In this document: positions 10,703-21,574 of the stretch, in pieces
Layout: each line of letters opens with the position of its first letter
Position numbering within the stretch: the stretch's first letter is position 1
Source: Candidatus Latescibacterota bacterium
GTDB taxonomy: Bacteria; Latescibacterota; UBA2968; GCA-2709665
DNA length: 64,000 bases
Direction: 5' to 3'
Assembly: GCA_965203805.1 (NCBI GenBank)
Contig: OZ241917.1
Span: 1,056,001 to 1,120,000, forward strand
The notes under the pieces: model-generated
What the model saw: only the letters and a program-made list of their open reading frames with translations
Database searches by the model: none
Told to the model about the DNA's origin: nothing
Position numbers and translations under genes: made by a program

Positions 10703-10923
10703 TCTCACCGCGGCACACCCGCTTGCCGGAAACAGGCGCGCTCGGACCGGTCCTGTGATTGCGCCGGGCAGCGACATGCGCGAGGTCCCCGTGCAGCCGG
10801 CCCGGGCGGCGCATTCGCCGAGGTCACCCGGAACGGTCGTTGCAGGTTGTCAGCCACCGCCCGACATCGTATATTGTGTATACACGCCCCCAATCGCCAC
10901 GCCGAACCACAGGAGACGTTCCG

Positions 10924-12774
10924 ATGAACGCGACCGCACACACCACAACGCCCGCCTCCCTCGACGGCGAAATGATCCCTCAGCCTCCCGGCGAGGATAT
11001 CGACGTCGGCAGCCTCGTCTACCACCGGCTCTGCAGGGCGGATGAATTCAGCGAAGGCGAAGGCAAACCGTTTACCGTCAGCGGGTCCCATATTGCCGTC
11101 TTCCTGTACAACGGCGAGTTCCAGGCCGTCGACAACCGCTGTCCGCACATGGGCTATCCAATGTCCAAGGGGAGCGTCCGGGACGGGGTGCTGATCTGCC
11201 ACTGGCATCACTGGGAGTTCGACCTGAAAACGGGCGGTTGTTTCGAAACATCGGGTTCCGGAAACGACCTGAAGAGTTTTCCCGTCCAGGTCAGAGATGA
11301 CGGCTATCTCTATATCGGTATGGCCGCGGACGAACGGCAGGCGGCACGCAGGCGGATGATCGACCGGGGGCGATATATCCTGGAACAGGGTCTGAAAGAC
11401 AGAAGTTCGCTCATCATCGCCAAGGGTGTGACCGCCCTGCGCCACGCCGGCGCGTCACCGCAGGAGATCATCCAGCAGGGCCTGTTTTACGGGTCCTACA
11501 AGACCACAGACGGTTTCTCCTCGGGCCTGGCCATCCTGACGCTCTGCGCCAACCTCTGGGACGACATCGCGGACCGCGACCACAACCTGTTCCTCGTCCA
11601 CGGCCTCGTACAGATCTCCCGGCGGACGACCGGCGGCTCCCGAAGACAGGGCTTTCCCTTTCCGAAGGCGACGGACGAGCCCGACCTGGCAACCCACAAA
11701 CGCTGGTTCCGGCGCCTGGTGGAACAGCGCAACAATAACGCGGCCCAGCGGATTCTGATCACACTGAATGACCGCGGTTTTCCGAAGTCGGCCATTGCCG
11801 ACACGGTCTTCACGGCTGCAACCGACTTCTATTTCACGGGCGACGGACATGCGCTGGACTTCGCCAACAAACTGTTCGAGGCTCTGGACTACGTCGACTG
11901 GGAGGGCGCCAGCGAAATCCTGCGCCCCATTGTCGTCGACCTCATCACCCGCACCCGTCACGAGGAAACGGCACGGTGGCAGGACAGTGTGCCGATCCTC
12001 GAGGATATCTTCACCCGTCTGGACGACATCTGGAATGATAACCAGCAGAACGAAGCTCCGCTGGATACGTCGGCCTTCGCCAAGGTGCTTCTGGGCGAAG
12101 AGGTCGCGCCGATCGTCTCGGAAATCGAGTCCCTTCTTCGGCGGGGAGTCGATCCCAGGGAAATCTGCCGATCCATGGTCTACGCCAGCGCCATCCGTAC
12201 CGCGCGCTTCCATCTGAAAAACGAAGGCGACTGGCACGACGTGGCCAACATCTACTCCTACGCCCACGCACTCTATCAGGCATTCCAGCGCGCGCCGTCC
12301 GGCAGTCTTCTGCGCGGCATTTTCCACGGCGCCGTATTCCTGACCTATCTGCGCTGGCTCAATATGCCGGCGGCGCGGGTGCCAAAACAAGGCCAGCGTC
12401 TGAACGGCACATTCGAGTCCGAAGCGCAGATGCTTGCGCGCCTGCAGGAATTCGCGGATTTCCAGAAGGTTTACGAAGCGGAAATTCTCGTGAACCAGTA
12501 CTTCGAGGAAAAGCGCGACATCGCCCTGCTCAAGCACGCCCTCGCCCACATTATGTTACGGGAAGACGCCGAACTGCATATGTTTCAGGTTCTGGAAGTG
12601 GCCTTCCGCCACTTCGACATCACCGACGACCCCGAAGAAAAACGAATGCATCTGCTCGCGGCCACACGGTACATCACCGCACAGAAAGTGATGAAAGCCA
12701 TTCTCTGGTCGACCGAAAACGCGGAACGGCTGCAGCGCGGGGATATGCTGAGCGAACGGGAAGACGACAATTAG
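10924..12774 (+). CDS. Rieske [2Fe-2S] domain protein with large helical C-terminal domain
   Basis: NRCPHMG...CHWHHWEFDL Rieske motifs; ATG after AGGAG. Confidence 0.85.
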   Translation: MNATAHTTTPASLDGEMIPQPPGEDIDVGSLVYHRLCRADEFSEGEGKPFTVSGSHIAVFLYNGEFQAVDNRCPHMGYPMSKGSVRDGVLICHWHHWEFDLKTGGCFETSGSGNDLKSFPVQVRDDGYLYIGMAADERQAARRRMIDRGRYILEQGLKDRSSLIIAKGVTALRHAGASPQEIIQQGLFYGSYKTTDGFSSGLAILTLCANLWDDIADRDHNLFLVHGLVQISRRTTGGSRRQGFPFPKATDEPDLATHKRWFRRLVEQRNNNAAQRILITLNDRGFPKSAIADTVFTAATDFYFTGDGHALDFANKLFEALDYVDWEGASEILRPIVVDLITRTRHEETARWQDSVPILEDIFTRLDDIWNDNQQNEAPLDTSAFAKVLLGEEVAPIVSEIESLLRRGVDPREICRSMVYASAIRTARFHLKNEGDWHDVANIYSYAHALYQAFQRAPSGSLLRGIFHGAVFLTYLRWLNMPAARVPKQGQRLNGTFESEAQMLARLQEFADFQKVYEAEILVNQYFEEKRDIALLKHALAHIMLREDAELHMFQVLEVAFRHFDITDDPEEKRMHLLAATRYITAQKVMKAILWSTENAERLQRGDMLSEREDDN

Positions 12775-12913
12775 TCGGGCGGATGGCCCGCATCCACAGG
12801 TCGTGTTGTTGCCTGAGCGCATTGTTGTAGATTAATCCGGCGCAGGAATTCGGGTTCATTCCGATTGCGCACGTCCATCCCAGCATGATTGCAATTTGGG
12901 GATCCTCAGACCG

Positions 12914-15900
12914 GTGAGAATTTCGGAATACGCCATCCACAAGCCCATCACCACGGTGATGGTCGCCATCAGTGTCTTCGTCCTTGGGGTCATCTCTCTC
13001 TTGCGTCTGCCCCTCGAGTACCTGCCGGACATCACGTTCCCCGTGATGTACGTCAACGTCGACTATCCTTCCTCTTCACCCGAGGAAATCGAGACGGAAA
13101 TTGTCCGGCCGCTGGAAGAGGTGATGGGGACCCTTTCCCACGTAAAGACACTGAGCTCGCGGTCTTACGCCAATCGGGGTTACGTGCGGCTGGAATTCGA
13201 GCTCAATACCGACATGGACCTTATGGCGGTCCACGTGAGGGATCGACTCGATCAGGTCAGAAACGACCTTCCCGACGACGTCGAGCGCATCACGATACGG
13301 CGGTGGAACACGGAAGACTTCCCCGTGCTGACCTACGCGCTGAGTTGGCAGGGACAGGATGCATCGGAATTGGCCAGCGTCTACGAATACACGATTCTTC
13401 CACGCTTGCAGAGGCTGGAAGGCGTTGGCAGCGTGGAAGTTCGGGGCCTGCGCGAGAAAGACCTGCTCATTGAGGTCGATCAGAACCTGTTGCATACGCA
13501 TCGTCTGGACATTCGCGCGCTCAACAGAGCGATCGGCGCCAATAACGTCAATATTTCCGCGGGTTACGTCAACGAAGCTGAGAAACGCCTGACCACGCGC
13601 ACGATCGGTGAATTCGAGAACGTGGACCAGATCCGCCGTCTACCGCTGCGCGCCGGCATTGAAGTTGGCGACGTTGCGGACGTCACCTACGACTTTCCGG
13701 AAGAAGAGGACTTCGAACGCCTCGACGGAAGGGACGCGGTGACGGTTGACATCCGCAAGGCCTCGTCGGCCAACCTGGTGGCGACCGCGGACCGCGTGAA
13801 GGCGGAATTCGAGCGAATCCGGCAGGAGATCGGCGGTGACAAGCTCCGCATGCAGGCCATCCGGGACCGTTCGCTGGACGTCACATCGGGGATCAGGAGT
13901 CTCACGCAATCCGCCATCATGGGTGGTATGCTGGCCATCTGCGTCATCTTCGTCTTTCTGCGAAATTTCCGCAGCACCCTCATCATCGGTTCCGCCATCC
14001 CGATCTCGGCTGTCACCGTATTCGTCGTCATGTACATGAGCCGCCAGGTCCTCGGCTCCAACATTACCCTCAATCTGATGTCCATGATGGGCCTCATGGT
14101 AGCGATCGGAATGCTCGTCGACCCCGCCGTCGTCGCACTGGAGAACATCTTCAGAAAACGGTACGACCAGGGCCAGGCTTCCCGCGCCGCTGCTCTTGAC
14201 GGCAGCCGCGAAATCGGAATTCCCGTGCTTGCCGCGTCGCTGACGACCATATGCGTCTTCGTGCCCATCATATTTGTGACCGACTCCCGCAGTGCACTCT
14301 TTATGCGTGATTTCGCCCTCACGGTGTGCATTTCGGTCGGCGCGTCCTTCTGCGTGGCGCTTTCCCTTATCCCCCTCGCGGCATCCCGGGCCTTTAACGA
14401 CAACCGGTCCCGTCTGGACCGCTGGCTGAAGATCGCCCTCATTCTGCTGGCGATGAGCTTTGCGGCCTATAAGGTCTACGGCGAAGGTCCTGCGGCCATC
14501 GCCGCGTGGTTTTCGGATGGCGCAAGCGGCATGGTCGCCGGTCTCTCCGGCATACCGGCCGTGGCGTGGCTGCTGCTCGCGCTCGTGGCCGCGGGCGTCG
14601 CGGGCCTGATTTATACCGCCCGTGCGGCCGGCGGAATCAAGATCCTCTACGCCAGCCTCGTCGTCACCACGCTGCGATATCGATGGAGTACCGTTGTCAC
14701 TGCCTGCGCGTTGTTGGGCGTGGGCGTCTATTTCTATACGTTGATCGAAAAGCAGCCTTATCGCTGGCAACCCACGCGACGGGTTGACGTTTCGGTCGAA
14801 TTGCCGCGAAGCTACGATATTCAGGACGCGCTGACTCTCTTCGAACGGATCGAGGGCCTTCTGCTGCCGTTGAAGGAAAATCTGGACATCGCGGCCATGA
14901 GCAGCCGGTACAGCGACCGGAGGAGCAATCGCATCACCCTTTACCTCGTGCCCGCCGACGAGGGGCGTCTCTCCACGGACGAAGTAACACGCAAAGTCAA
15001 GGCCATGCTGCCGAAAGACATTCCCGGGGTGCGTTTCAAGTCCGGGAGGACCTGGGGAAGCAGTTCCACGGGCGCCGGCGTTGAAATCAAGGGCCGGAAC
15101 CCGGATGTACTCGCCATGCTGGCAGAGGATGTCCGCCTCAGGCTGCAGGACATCCGCGGGATCCACGAAGTCGAAACCAGTCTGGAATCCGGAAACGAGG
15201 AAATCCAGGTCTCCATCAACCGGCGCCGCGCGCGGCGGTACGGACTCACGCCCTGGCAGGTTGCCACCACCGTTGCGAGCGCGCTGGGAACCAGGGGAAA
15301 CAGCAAGTTCAAGACTGAGAACGGGGAAATCGACATCGCCGTTCAACTGAAAGAAGAGGACCGGGCCACCCTCGAGCAACTCAGGAACACGTACTTCGAG
15401 AGCGACACCGGCAACATGGTCTCGTTCGCCAGCCTCGCGGATTTCCGCGTCAGAAAGGGGCCTCAGGCGCTCGAACGCGAGAACCGGATGTCCACGCTGA
15501 CCGTGTTCGCCAACACGGAACAGCGGGCCGTCTACTCCGTTGGCCGGGAAATGATGAGGCGGATGAGGATGATTCCGTTACCGGCGGGGTACTCGTGGCA
15601 GATGGACCGCCGCTTCCGCTGGATGAACCAGGAACAGGGAGAAACCAACTTTACCATGATCTTCGCGGCGCTTCTTGTCTACATGATCATGGCCGCACTG
15701 TTCGAGTCCTACGCGCACCCGTTCACCATCATGTTTTCCATTTGCTTCGCGTTCATCGGCGTCTCGTTCGGCCTGTACGCCTTCAACATTCCCATGGACA
15801 GCAACGCCACCTATGGTCTGCTCATTCTATTCGGAATCGTTGTCAACAACGGCATTGTCCTGGTAGACCATATCAACCGCTATCGGAAACAGGGCCTCTA

Positions 15901-16180
15901 CCGTCGCGACGCCATAATCCGGGGCGGACAGGACCGACTGCGTCCCATTCTGATGACCGCGACCACCACGATCCTGGGCCTGACTCCCCTGGTCCTGCCG
16001 ATGATCTACGGCACCGCGGAAGGGACCGCCCGCCGCTGGGGCCCGATCGGGTTTGTGGTGATCGCGGGGCTGATGGTGTCGACCATCCTGACGCTGGTCC
16101 TCCTGCCAACCGTGTACTCGCTGATCGACGACCTGGCGTCATACGCGAAGCGCACGGCGGCAACCGTGAGACGCGCGTGA
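12914..16180 (+). CDS. RND efflux permease (AcrB/AcrD/AcrF family)
   Basis: LP.EYLPDI.FP, GMLVD..VV.LENI, GIVVNNGIVLVD, RLRPILMT. Confidence 0.93.
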   Translation: MRISEYAIHKPITTVMVAISVFVLGVISLLRLPLEYLPDITFPVMYVNVDYPSSSPEEIETEIVRPLEEVMGTLSHVKTLSSRSYANRGYVRLEFELNTDMDLMAVHVRDRLDQVRNDLPDDVERITIRRWNTEDFPVLTYALSWQGQDASELASVYEYTILPRLQRLEGVGSVEVRGLREKDLLIEVDQNLLHTHRLDIRALNRAIGANNVNISAGYVNEAEKRLTTRTIGEFENVDQIRRLPLRAGIEVGDVADVTYDFPEEEDFERLDGRDAVTVDIRKASSANLVATADRVKAEFERIRQEIGGDKLRMQAIRDRSLDVTSGIRSLTQSAIMGGMLAICVIFVFLRNFRSTLIIGSAIPISAVTVFVVMYMSRQVLGSNITLNLMSMMGLMVAIGMLVDPAVVALENIFRKRYDQGQASRAAALDGSREIGIPVLAASLTTICVFVPIIFVTDSRSALFMRDFALTVCISVGASFCVALSLIPLAASRAFNDNRSRLDRWLKIALILLAMSFAAYKVYGEGPAAIAAWFSDGASGMVAGLSGIPAVAWLLLALVAAGVAGLIYTARAAGGIKILYASLVVTTLRYRWSTVVTACALLGVGVYFYTLIEKQPYRWQPTRRVDVSVELPRSYDIQDALTLFERIEGLLLPLKENLDIAAMSSRYSDRRSNRITLYLVPADEGRLSTDEVTRKVKAMLPKDIPGVRFKSGRTWGSSSTGAGVEIKGRNPDVLAMLAEDVRLRLQDIRGIHEVETSLESGNEEIQVSINRRRARRYGLTPWQVATTVASALGTRGNSKFKTENGEIDIAVQLKEEDRATLEQLRNTYFESDTGNMVSFASLADFRVRKGPQALERENRMSTLTVFANTEQRAVYSVGREMMRRMRMIPLPAGYSWQMDRRFRWMNQEQGETNFTMIFAALLVYMIMAALFESYAHPFTIMFSICFAFIGVSFGLYAFNIPMDSNATYGLLILFGIVVNNGIVLVDHINRYRKQGLYRRDAIIRGGQDRLRPILMTATTTILGLTPLVLPMIYGTAEGTARRWGPIGFVVIAGLMVSTILTLVLLPTVYSLIDDLASYAKRTAATVRRA

Positions 16181-16851
16181 ACCGTCTTGCCGTTGTCCTG
16201 CTCAGCGGCGGTCTGGACAGTTGCGTTACCGCCGCCGTCGCCCGTCAGAACGACGATCTTGCCCTCCTCTTTATCGACTACGGCCAACGCACAAACGCCC
16301 GTGAACACCGTGCGTTCCTGGAAATCGCCGACCATTACGAAGTACCCGCGAGCCGCCGCCTGACCGCACGGACCGACGCATTCCGTCAGATCGGCGGTTC
16401 CGCCCTGACGGACCCAAAGGTTCCAGTTCCCGACGCCGACCTCGACCGGAACGACGTCCCCGTAACGTATGTGCCCTTCCGGAATGCCCTTCTTCTATGC
16501 CTCGGCGTTTCCTGGGCCGAGTCCGTTGGCGCCGCCAGTGTCTATCTGGGCGCTGTCGAAGAAGACGGTTCCGGGTACCCCGACTGTACGCAGGCGTTTT
16601 TTGACGCGTTCGCGCGTGCGGCGGATACCGGTACCCGCCCGGAGTCGCGGATCAGAATCCTGGCCCCTGTCATCCACCTCGACAAGCGGCAGATCATCCG
16701 GCTCGGCCTGAAGCTGGGCGCCCCGCTTCATCTCACCTGGTCGTGCTACAGAAACAGCGACCGCGCCTGCGGTCGCTGCGATAGCTGCATCCTCCGTCTG
16801 AGGGCTTTCGAGGCGGCCGGTGTCCCCGACCCCATCCACGCTGAATCCTGA
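16177..16851 (+). CDS. queC: 7-cyano-7-deazaguanine synthase
   Basis: AVVLLSGGLDS, TYVPFRN, GYPDC, TWSCY....ACGRCDSC; GTGA overlap with the RND stop. Confidence 0.95.
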   Translation: MNRLAVVLLSGGLDSCVTAAVARQNDDLALLFIDYGQRTNAREHRAFLEIADHYEVPASRRLTARTDAFRQIGGSALTDPKVPVPDADLDRNDVPVTYVPFRNALLLCLGVSWAESVGAASVYLGAVEEDGSGYPDCTQAFFDAFARAADTGTRPESRIRILAPVIHLDKRQIIRLGLKLGAPLHLTWSCYRNSDRACGRCDSCILRLRAFEAAGVPDPIHAES

Positions 16852-17102
16852 CAATGCCAGGCGCCGGCCCGGGTTCGTTTCATTGCCGGACCGTGTCAAT
16901 TCCCTTGAGAAACCGTTTCTGGCCGCCCAGGATGATCATGGTCACCGCGCTCCTGGCTGGATGTCGGCATTCATCATCGTGCGCGATACGTGTTGCGCCC
17001 GAATGGTCCCGGGTTTCCGCCAACGGGTCTCGTATCGCCCCGCATCCGGCGACCCGCGCCTAATCGCCGCGGTCGGCAGTATTGCGATGTCATCAGGAAC
17101 GG

Positions 17103-18497
17103 TCAGGCGTGCGCGTGAACCTGAACGTTTCCGGCGCGAACCGCCCCGACCAGCGCTTCGTCCATCATCGCCTGTCTCTCATCCGGAATCGTCCAGCGCC
17201 GCTGAATATCGGGTGACAGACAGTCGATGGGATCGAAATAGAAAAAGTACTTGCCGGGCCGCACCGCGGGGCTTGCAAACACCGCGACGCCTGTTTCATC
17301 GTTATAATACTCGAAGGAATGACCGTCTCGTTTACCGCCGCCGCCGAGTGTGTCCACGATGAAGGTCGGCGTGTTGAACCCGGCCGTGGCGCCGCGCAGG
17401 CTCTTTTCGAGTTCGAGACCGGCTCGCAGCGTGGTTCTTAGATCCTCAACCCCCTGAACCAGATCGTGGAAGAATACGTAGTACGGCTGGACGTTGAGGA
17501 AGCTCAATTGCTTCACCAGATGCTTCATCGTTTGCGCGCTGTCGTTCACACCTCGCTGCAGCACGGCCTGATTGCGAACCACGACACCCCGTTCCATCAG
17601 CAGGTTCATCGCCTCCTGCGTGACTCCGGTTATTTCATTGGGATGGTTGAAGTGGGTATGCAATACCACTTCCTTGTGCAAGCTGCGGCCCCGGTCGACG
17701 ACCCCCACCAGCGCATCCACCCATTCGACGTCGCTCAGGATCTTCCCGGGCATGACCGCGGGCCCCTTGGTCGCAAAACGAAACCGCCGAATGTGCGGGA
17801 TGTCCAGCAGGGAATCGCCCACCTCTCTGATCTGGGCCGCCCGGAGGTTGTAGACGTCGCCGCCACTCACCACCACGTCTTCAACTTCGGGGCGCGATCT
17901 CAAGTAATCGAAAACCTGACGCCAGCGTCTCCTGTTTGCGCTCAGGTGCACTTTTTCCACGCCATCCGTATCGAGCCCCACGGCGTAGCTGCGGGTACAG
18001 AAACGGCAGTAGACGGGGCAGGTATCCAGCGTAAGAAAAAGCGCCCTGTCCGGATACCGGTGAGTCAGTCCGGGAACGGGAGAATCGCCTTGCTCGTTCA
18101 GTGAATCCAGGTGGAGTTCCGGGTGGTCCGGCAGCTGTTGCGAGGCCAATGGCAGGAACTGGGTCCGCAGCGGATCTCCGTACGGATCGTCCCAGTTGAT
18201 CAGGCTCAGGATATAAGGTGAGATCCGTATGCTCATCGGGGCCCGGCGCAACCCTTCGCGCAGGTCGTCGTAGAAGCCCGGCCCGGCCAGTCCGCCCACG
18301 ACGTCCTGCAGACTCTCCACGCTCGTCGGGGAATTGCGGGCCTGGAAAATGTGGGAGTGGAAGGTCTCCGCGCTCACATTCTCGAACGCCGGAATCGTCT
18401 TCCAGAATGCATCCCGACGGAACCGGCGATGCAAATGGGCCTCCTCCTGTCCGGCTGCGATAGCGCCGTCGATGACATCGACGCCTGCAGTTTTCAT
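17103..18497 (-). CDS. KamA-family radical SAM aminomutase (lysine 2,3-aminomutase-like); alternative start 18533
   Basis: HRYPDR, CPVYCRFCTR, SGGD, HFNHPNE, NQAVL.RGVND, GGGGK. Confidence 0.88.
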   Translation of the reverse strand: MKTAGVDVIDGAIAAGQEEAHLHRRFRRDAFWKTIPAFENVSAETFHSHIFQARNSPTSVESLQDVVGGLAGPGFYDDLREGLRRAPMSIRISPYILSLINWDDPYGDPLRTQFLPLASQQLPDHPELHLDSLNEQGDSPVPGLTHRYPDRALFLTLDTCPVYCRFCTRSYAVGLDTDGVEKVHLSANRRRWRQVFDYLRSRPEVEDVVVSGGDVYNLRAAQIREVGDSLLDIPHIRRFRFATKGPAVMPGKILSDVEWVDALVGVVDRGRSLHKEVVLHTHFNHPNEITGVTQEAMNLLMERGVVVRNQAVLQRGVNDSAQTMKHLVKQLSFLNVQPYYVFFHDLVQGVEDLRTTLRAGLELEKSLRGATAGFNTPTFIVDTLGGGGKRDGHSFEYYNDETGVAVFASPAVRPGKYFFYFDPIDCLSPDIQRRWTIPDERQAMMDEALVGAVRAGNVQVHAHA

Positions 18498-18807
18498 GTC
18501 TTCTCGATCCCTCCCGGCGCGATGATTCAACATTCACACCGGTCCTGCGGTTCATTCCGTGGAGACGTCGCTATACGATTCACGCGACAGTCGTGGGCCG
18601 ATAGCCCTTCAAAACGACTCCGACCTGCGGATGTCGTTCCGCGAGGCATACGAAGCATCACATGATATCATGCTCCCTGGAATTGTCAAGGCTTTTCCGG
18701 CATCGGCCCCGTTTTCCGGGAGAATCCGCTTGTTCGGATTATTTATCTTGCTTATATTTCGCAAGTTAGCGAAAGTCTCCACCTGAACGAAGAGACAACG
18801 CGAAACC

Positions 18808-21570
18808 ATGTCAAAACGTGCGCTCAAGTTTGTTTTTCCCGTGGTCGGATTGCTTCTGGGATACACGGGCCTTCGGCTGATCGTCTTCTTCTACACCGAC
18901 TGGCTCTGGTTTCAAAATCTCGGCTACGGATCCGTTCTCGTCACCACGGCCGTTGCCCGCCTGCTTGCCTTTTGCGCCTTCGGCGCCGTCTTCGCCGCGG
19001 CTGCGGGCGTCAATGTCTTTATTGCGCACAAGTTTGGCCGGCACACCCGCGAAATGCCGCTCGAGGTCATCGTGGCCGATGCCGAACCCGTGCTGCCCGA
19101 ACGACGCAAGCGCCGGTTCCTCCTGTGGACCGGCGCCATTGGGCTGCTGGCCTGCGCGACCGGCCTGATCGGCGCCTCGGCCTGGGCGCCGCTTCTGCGT
19201 TTCTTTCATCCCATCTCGTTCGGACTCACCGACCCTGTCTTCAACAACGACCTCGGCTTTTACTTCTTCAGCCTTCCTGTTTACAACTTCGCGCAGGGGT
19301 GGCTGGCATTCGCCGTCATCCTCACCGTCATTCTCGTCTGCTTCTCCTATCACCGGGACCGTGCCCTGCGCAGAGAGAGTCGAGGATGGTCATCCACCCC
19401 CCACGTCCGCGCCCATCTCTCCGTACTTGCGGCGGTTCTATCCGTAATCGGCGCCTGGTGGTACTGGCTCAAGGAATACGAGATCCTCTATTCCTTCCGC
19501 AAAGACGCCTTTTTCGGCGCCGGATATACCGACGTCCACGTTCAGGTATTCGCCTACCGGCTCATGTTGATCCTCTCCATCATTCTTTGCGCTTTGCTGG
19601 CATATAACGTCCGCGCCCGGAAGTGGTGGCCGATCGCCTGGGGCGGCGGCGGCTATTTTTCGGCTATTCTTCTGCTCAGCTGGATTTTTCCGATTCTATT
19701 CGATCAGTTCGTGGTCAAGCCCGATGAATTACGGCTTGAAGAACCCTACATTCGAAGGACCATCGAACACACGCAGCGGGCGTACGGCCTGGACCGAATT
19801 GAGGAAGTCCCGTTTCCGGCGGAGTCCGATCTGGATGTCGAGGATATCCGGAACAATCTTCCCACCATCAGAAGTATTCCGCTTTGGGACCGCAGACCCC
19901 TGATCGCAACCTACAGCCAGCTGCAGGAAATCCGGTCCTATTACCGCTTCGGCAGCATCGACGTGGACCGGTATTCAATCAACGGCGATTACAAGCAGGT
20001 GATGGTGGCCGCCCGTGAATTCTCGCGGGAACAGTTGGCCATTCAGGGGGAAACCTGGGTCAACCGCCACCTGGTTTACACCCACGGGTACGGCTTCTGC
20101 ATGAGCCCGGCCAACGAAGTCGGCGAGGAGGGTCTGCCGGAATTTTACGTCAAAGACATTCCGCCCAGCGCGTCGGTGGACATCCGCGTGGACCGCCCGG
20201 AGATCTATTATGGCGAAGCCATGCAGGACTACGTGATTGTCAACACCAGAACGGAGGAATTCGACTACCCCCGAGGTGACGAAAACGCCTACACCACCTA
20301 CCGCGGCACAGGCGGGGTGCCGGTCAACTCGTTCTGGCGGCGGCTCCTGTTCGCCCTGCGGTTCGGAGATCCGTACCTGCTGGTCACGCAGAACCTGAAA
20401 CCCGAAAGCAGAATACAATTCGACCGGCACATCGGTCGTCGTTTTCGGAACGAGGGCCCCAGGCGGTTCCAGAAACTCGCGCCATATCTCCGCTTCGACA
20501 AAGACCCATACCTGGTCACGGTGAACGGAAGGCTCGTGTGGATGCAGGACGCCTATACTGAAAGCAACATGTATCCTTACGCGGAACCTTACGGCAGGCC
20601 TTACGTACGCGAAGCCAACTACATCCGCAACGCCGTCAAGGCCACGCTCGATGCCTACGACGGGACGGTTACGTTCTACGTGTGGGATCCGGACGACCCG
20701 CTCATTCGGTCCTACATGGAAATCTTCCCGGATCTCTTTCGGCCGAAGGAAGACATGCCGGAGGCACTGCGCGCCCACGTCCGTTACCCGGCAGACCTCT
20801 TTGAAATCCAGGCGTCGCTCTACAACACGTACCACATGGCCTCGCCCCAGGTCTTTTACAACCGCGAGGATGTCTGGGAACCGGCCATGGAAATTTACGG
20901 GGTTTCGGAACGCCCGCGAGTCATGGCGCCGTATTACATCATCGTTAAACTGCCGGACGCCGTACGGGAGGAGTTCGTCTTGATGCTGCCGGCCACACCG
21001 GCCGGAAAGGCCAACATGATCGCATGGCTTCTCGCCCGATGCGACGGTCCCAACTATGGCCGGCTTATGGTCTACAAGCTGCCAAAGAAAAAACTCATCT
21101 ACGGTCCGATGTTGATCGAACGTCGAATCGATCAGGATACGGATGTGTCGCGGGAAATCACACTATGGAGCCAGAGGGGTTCCGACGTGCTCCGCGGCAA
21201 CCTGCTCGTCGTTCCCATCGAAAACGGCTTCATATACGTTGAACCGCTCTATTTGAGGGCCACCCAGAGCGGCATGCCCGAACTGAAGCGGGTTCTCGTT
21301 GCGCACGGCGACAGACTCGCGATGGCCGAAAACCTCGAACAGGCATTGGATCGGGCCTTCGAAACGCGGGAAGCCGGTCCGGTATACCAACACCGACCCG
21401 CGAACGAATCAACGGGATTTCGTATCCTGACTCAAGCCGCCCTGACGCAGTTCGACACGGCGCAATCCCGCCTGCGGACGGGTGATTTCGCGGGGTACGG
21501 CGAAGCCGTACAAAGCCTGCGAAAGACACTTCGGCAGTTGCGTGACAAGGCGGACGCAGAGGAAGAATGA
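18808..21570 (+). CDS. UPF0182 family membrane protein
   Basis: YTDWLWF, DP.F..D.GFY.F.LP, GAGYTDV, DVDRY, HLVYTHGYG, NYIRN.VKA. Confidence 0.93.
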   Translation: MSKRALKFVFPVVGLLLGYTGLRLIVFFYTDWLWFQNLGYGSVLVTTAVARLLAFCAFGAVFAAAAGVNVFIAHKFGRHTREMPLEVIVADAEPVLPERRKRRFLLWTGAIGLLACATGLIGASAWAPLLRFFHPISFGLTDPVFNNDLGFYFFSLPVYNFAQGWLAFAVILTVILVCFSYHRDRALRRESRGWSSTPHVRAHLSVLAAVLSVIGAWWYWLKEYEILYSFRKDAFFGAGYTDVHVQVFAYRLMLILSIILCALLAYNVRARKWWPIAWGGGGYFSAILLLSWIFPILFDQFVVKPDELRLEEPYIRRTIEHTQRAYGLDRIEEVPFPAESDLDVEDIRNNLPTIRSIPLWDRRPLIATYSQLQEIRSYYRFGSIDVDRYSINGDYKQVMVAAREFSREQLAIQGETWVNRHLVYTHGYGFCMSPANEVGEEGLPEFYVKDIPPSASVDIRVDRPEIYYGEAMQDYVIVNTRTEEFDYPRGDENAYTTYRGTGGVPVNSFWRRLLFALRFGDPYLLVTQNLKPESRIQFDRHIGRRFRNEGPRRFQKLAPYLRFDKDPYLVTVNGRLVWMQDAYTESNMYPYAEPYGRPYVREANYIRNAVKATLDAYDGTVTFYVWDPDDPLIRSYMEIFPDLFRPKEDMPEALRAHVRYPADLFEIQASLYNTYHMASPQVFYNREDVWEPAMEIYGVSERPRVMAPYYIIVKLPDAVREEFVLMLPATPAGKANMIAWLLARCDGPNYGRLMVYKLPKKKLIYGPMLIERRIDQDTDVSREITLWSQRGSDVLRGNLLVVPIENGFIYVEPLYLRATQSGMPELKRVLVAHGDRLAMAENLEQALDRAFETREAGPVYQHRPANESTGFRILTQAALTQFDTAQSRLRTGDFAGYGEAVQSLRKTLRQLRDKADAEEE

Positions 21571-21574
21571 CAGG

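Noticed and set aside
13640-15379. Long antisense ORFs (also 34256-35734, 11455-12549, 61826-63022 and others)
   Set aside because: Shadow frames opposite well-supported genes in GC-rich DNA, with no recognisable motifs
15595-16176. Apparent 194-aa N-terminal extension of QueC
   Set aside because: It is the alternate frame of the RND 3' end; QueC homology starts at GTG 16177
16177-16851. queC as part of a Dpd or QatABCD-type defence system, or with a preQ1 riboswitch
   Set aside because: Canonical-length QueC in housekeeping context, far from the island, with no leader region
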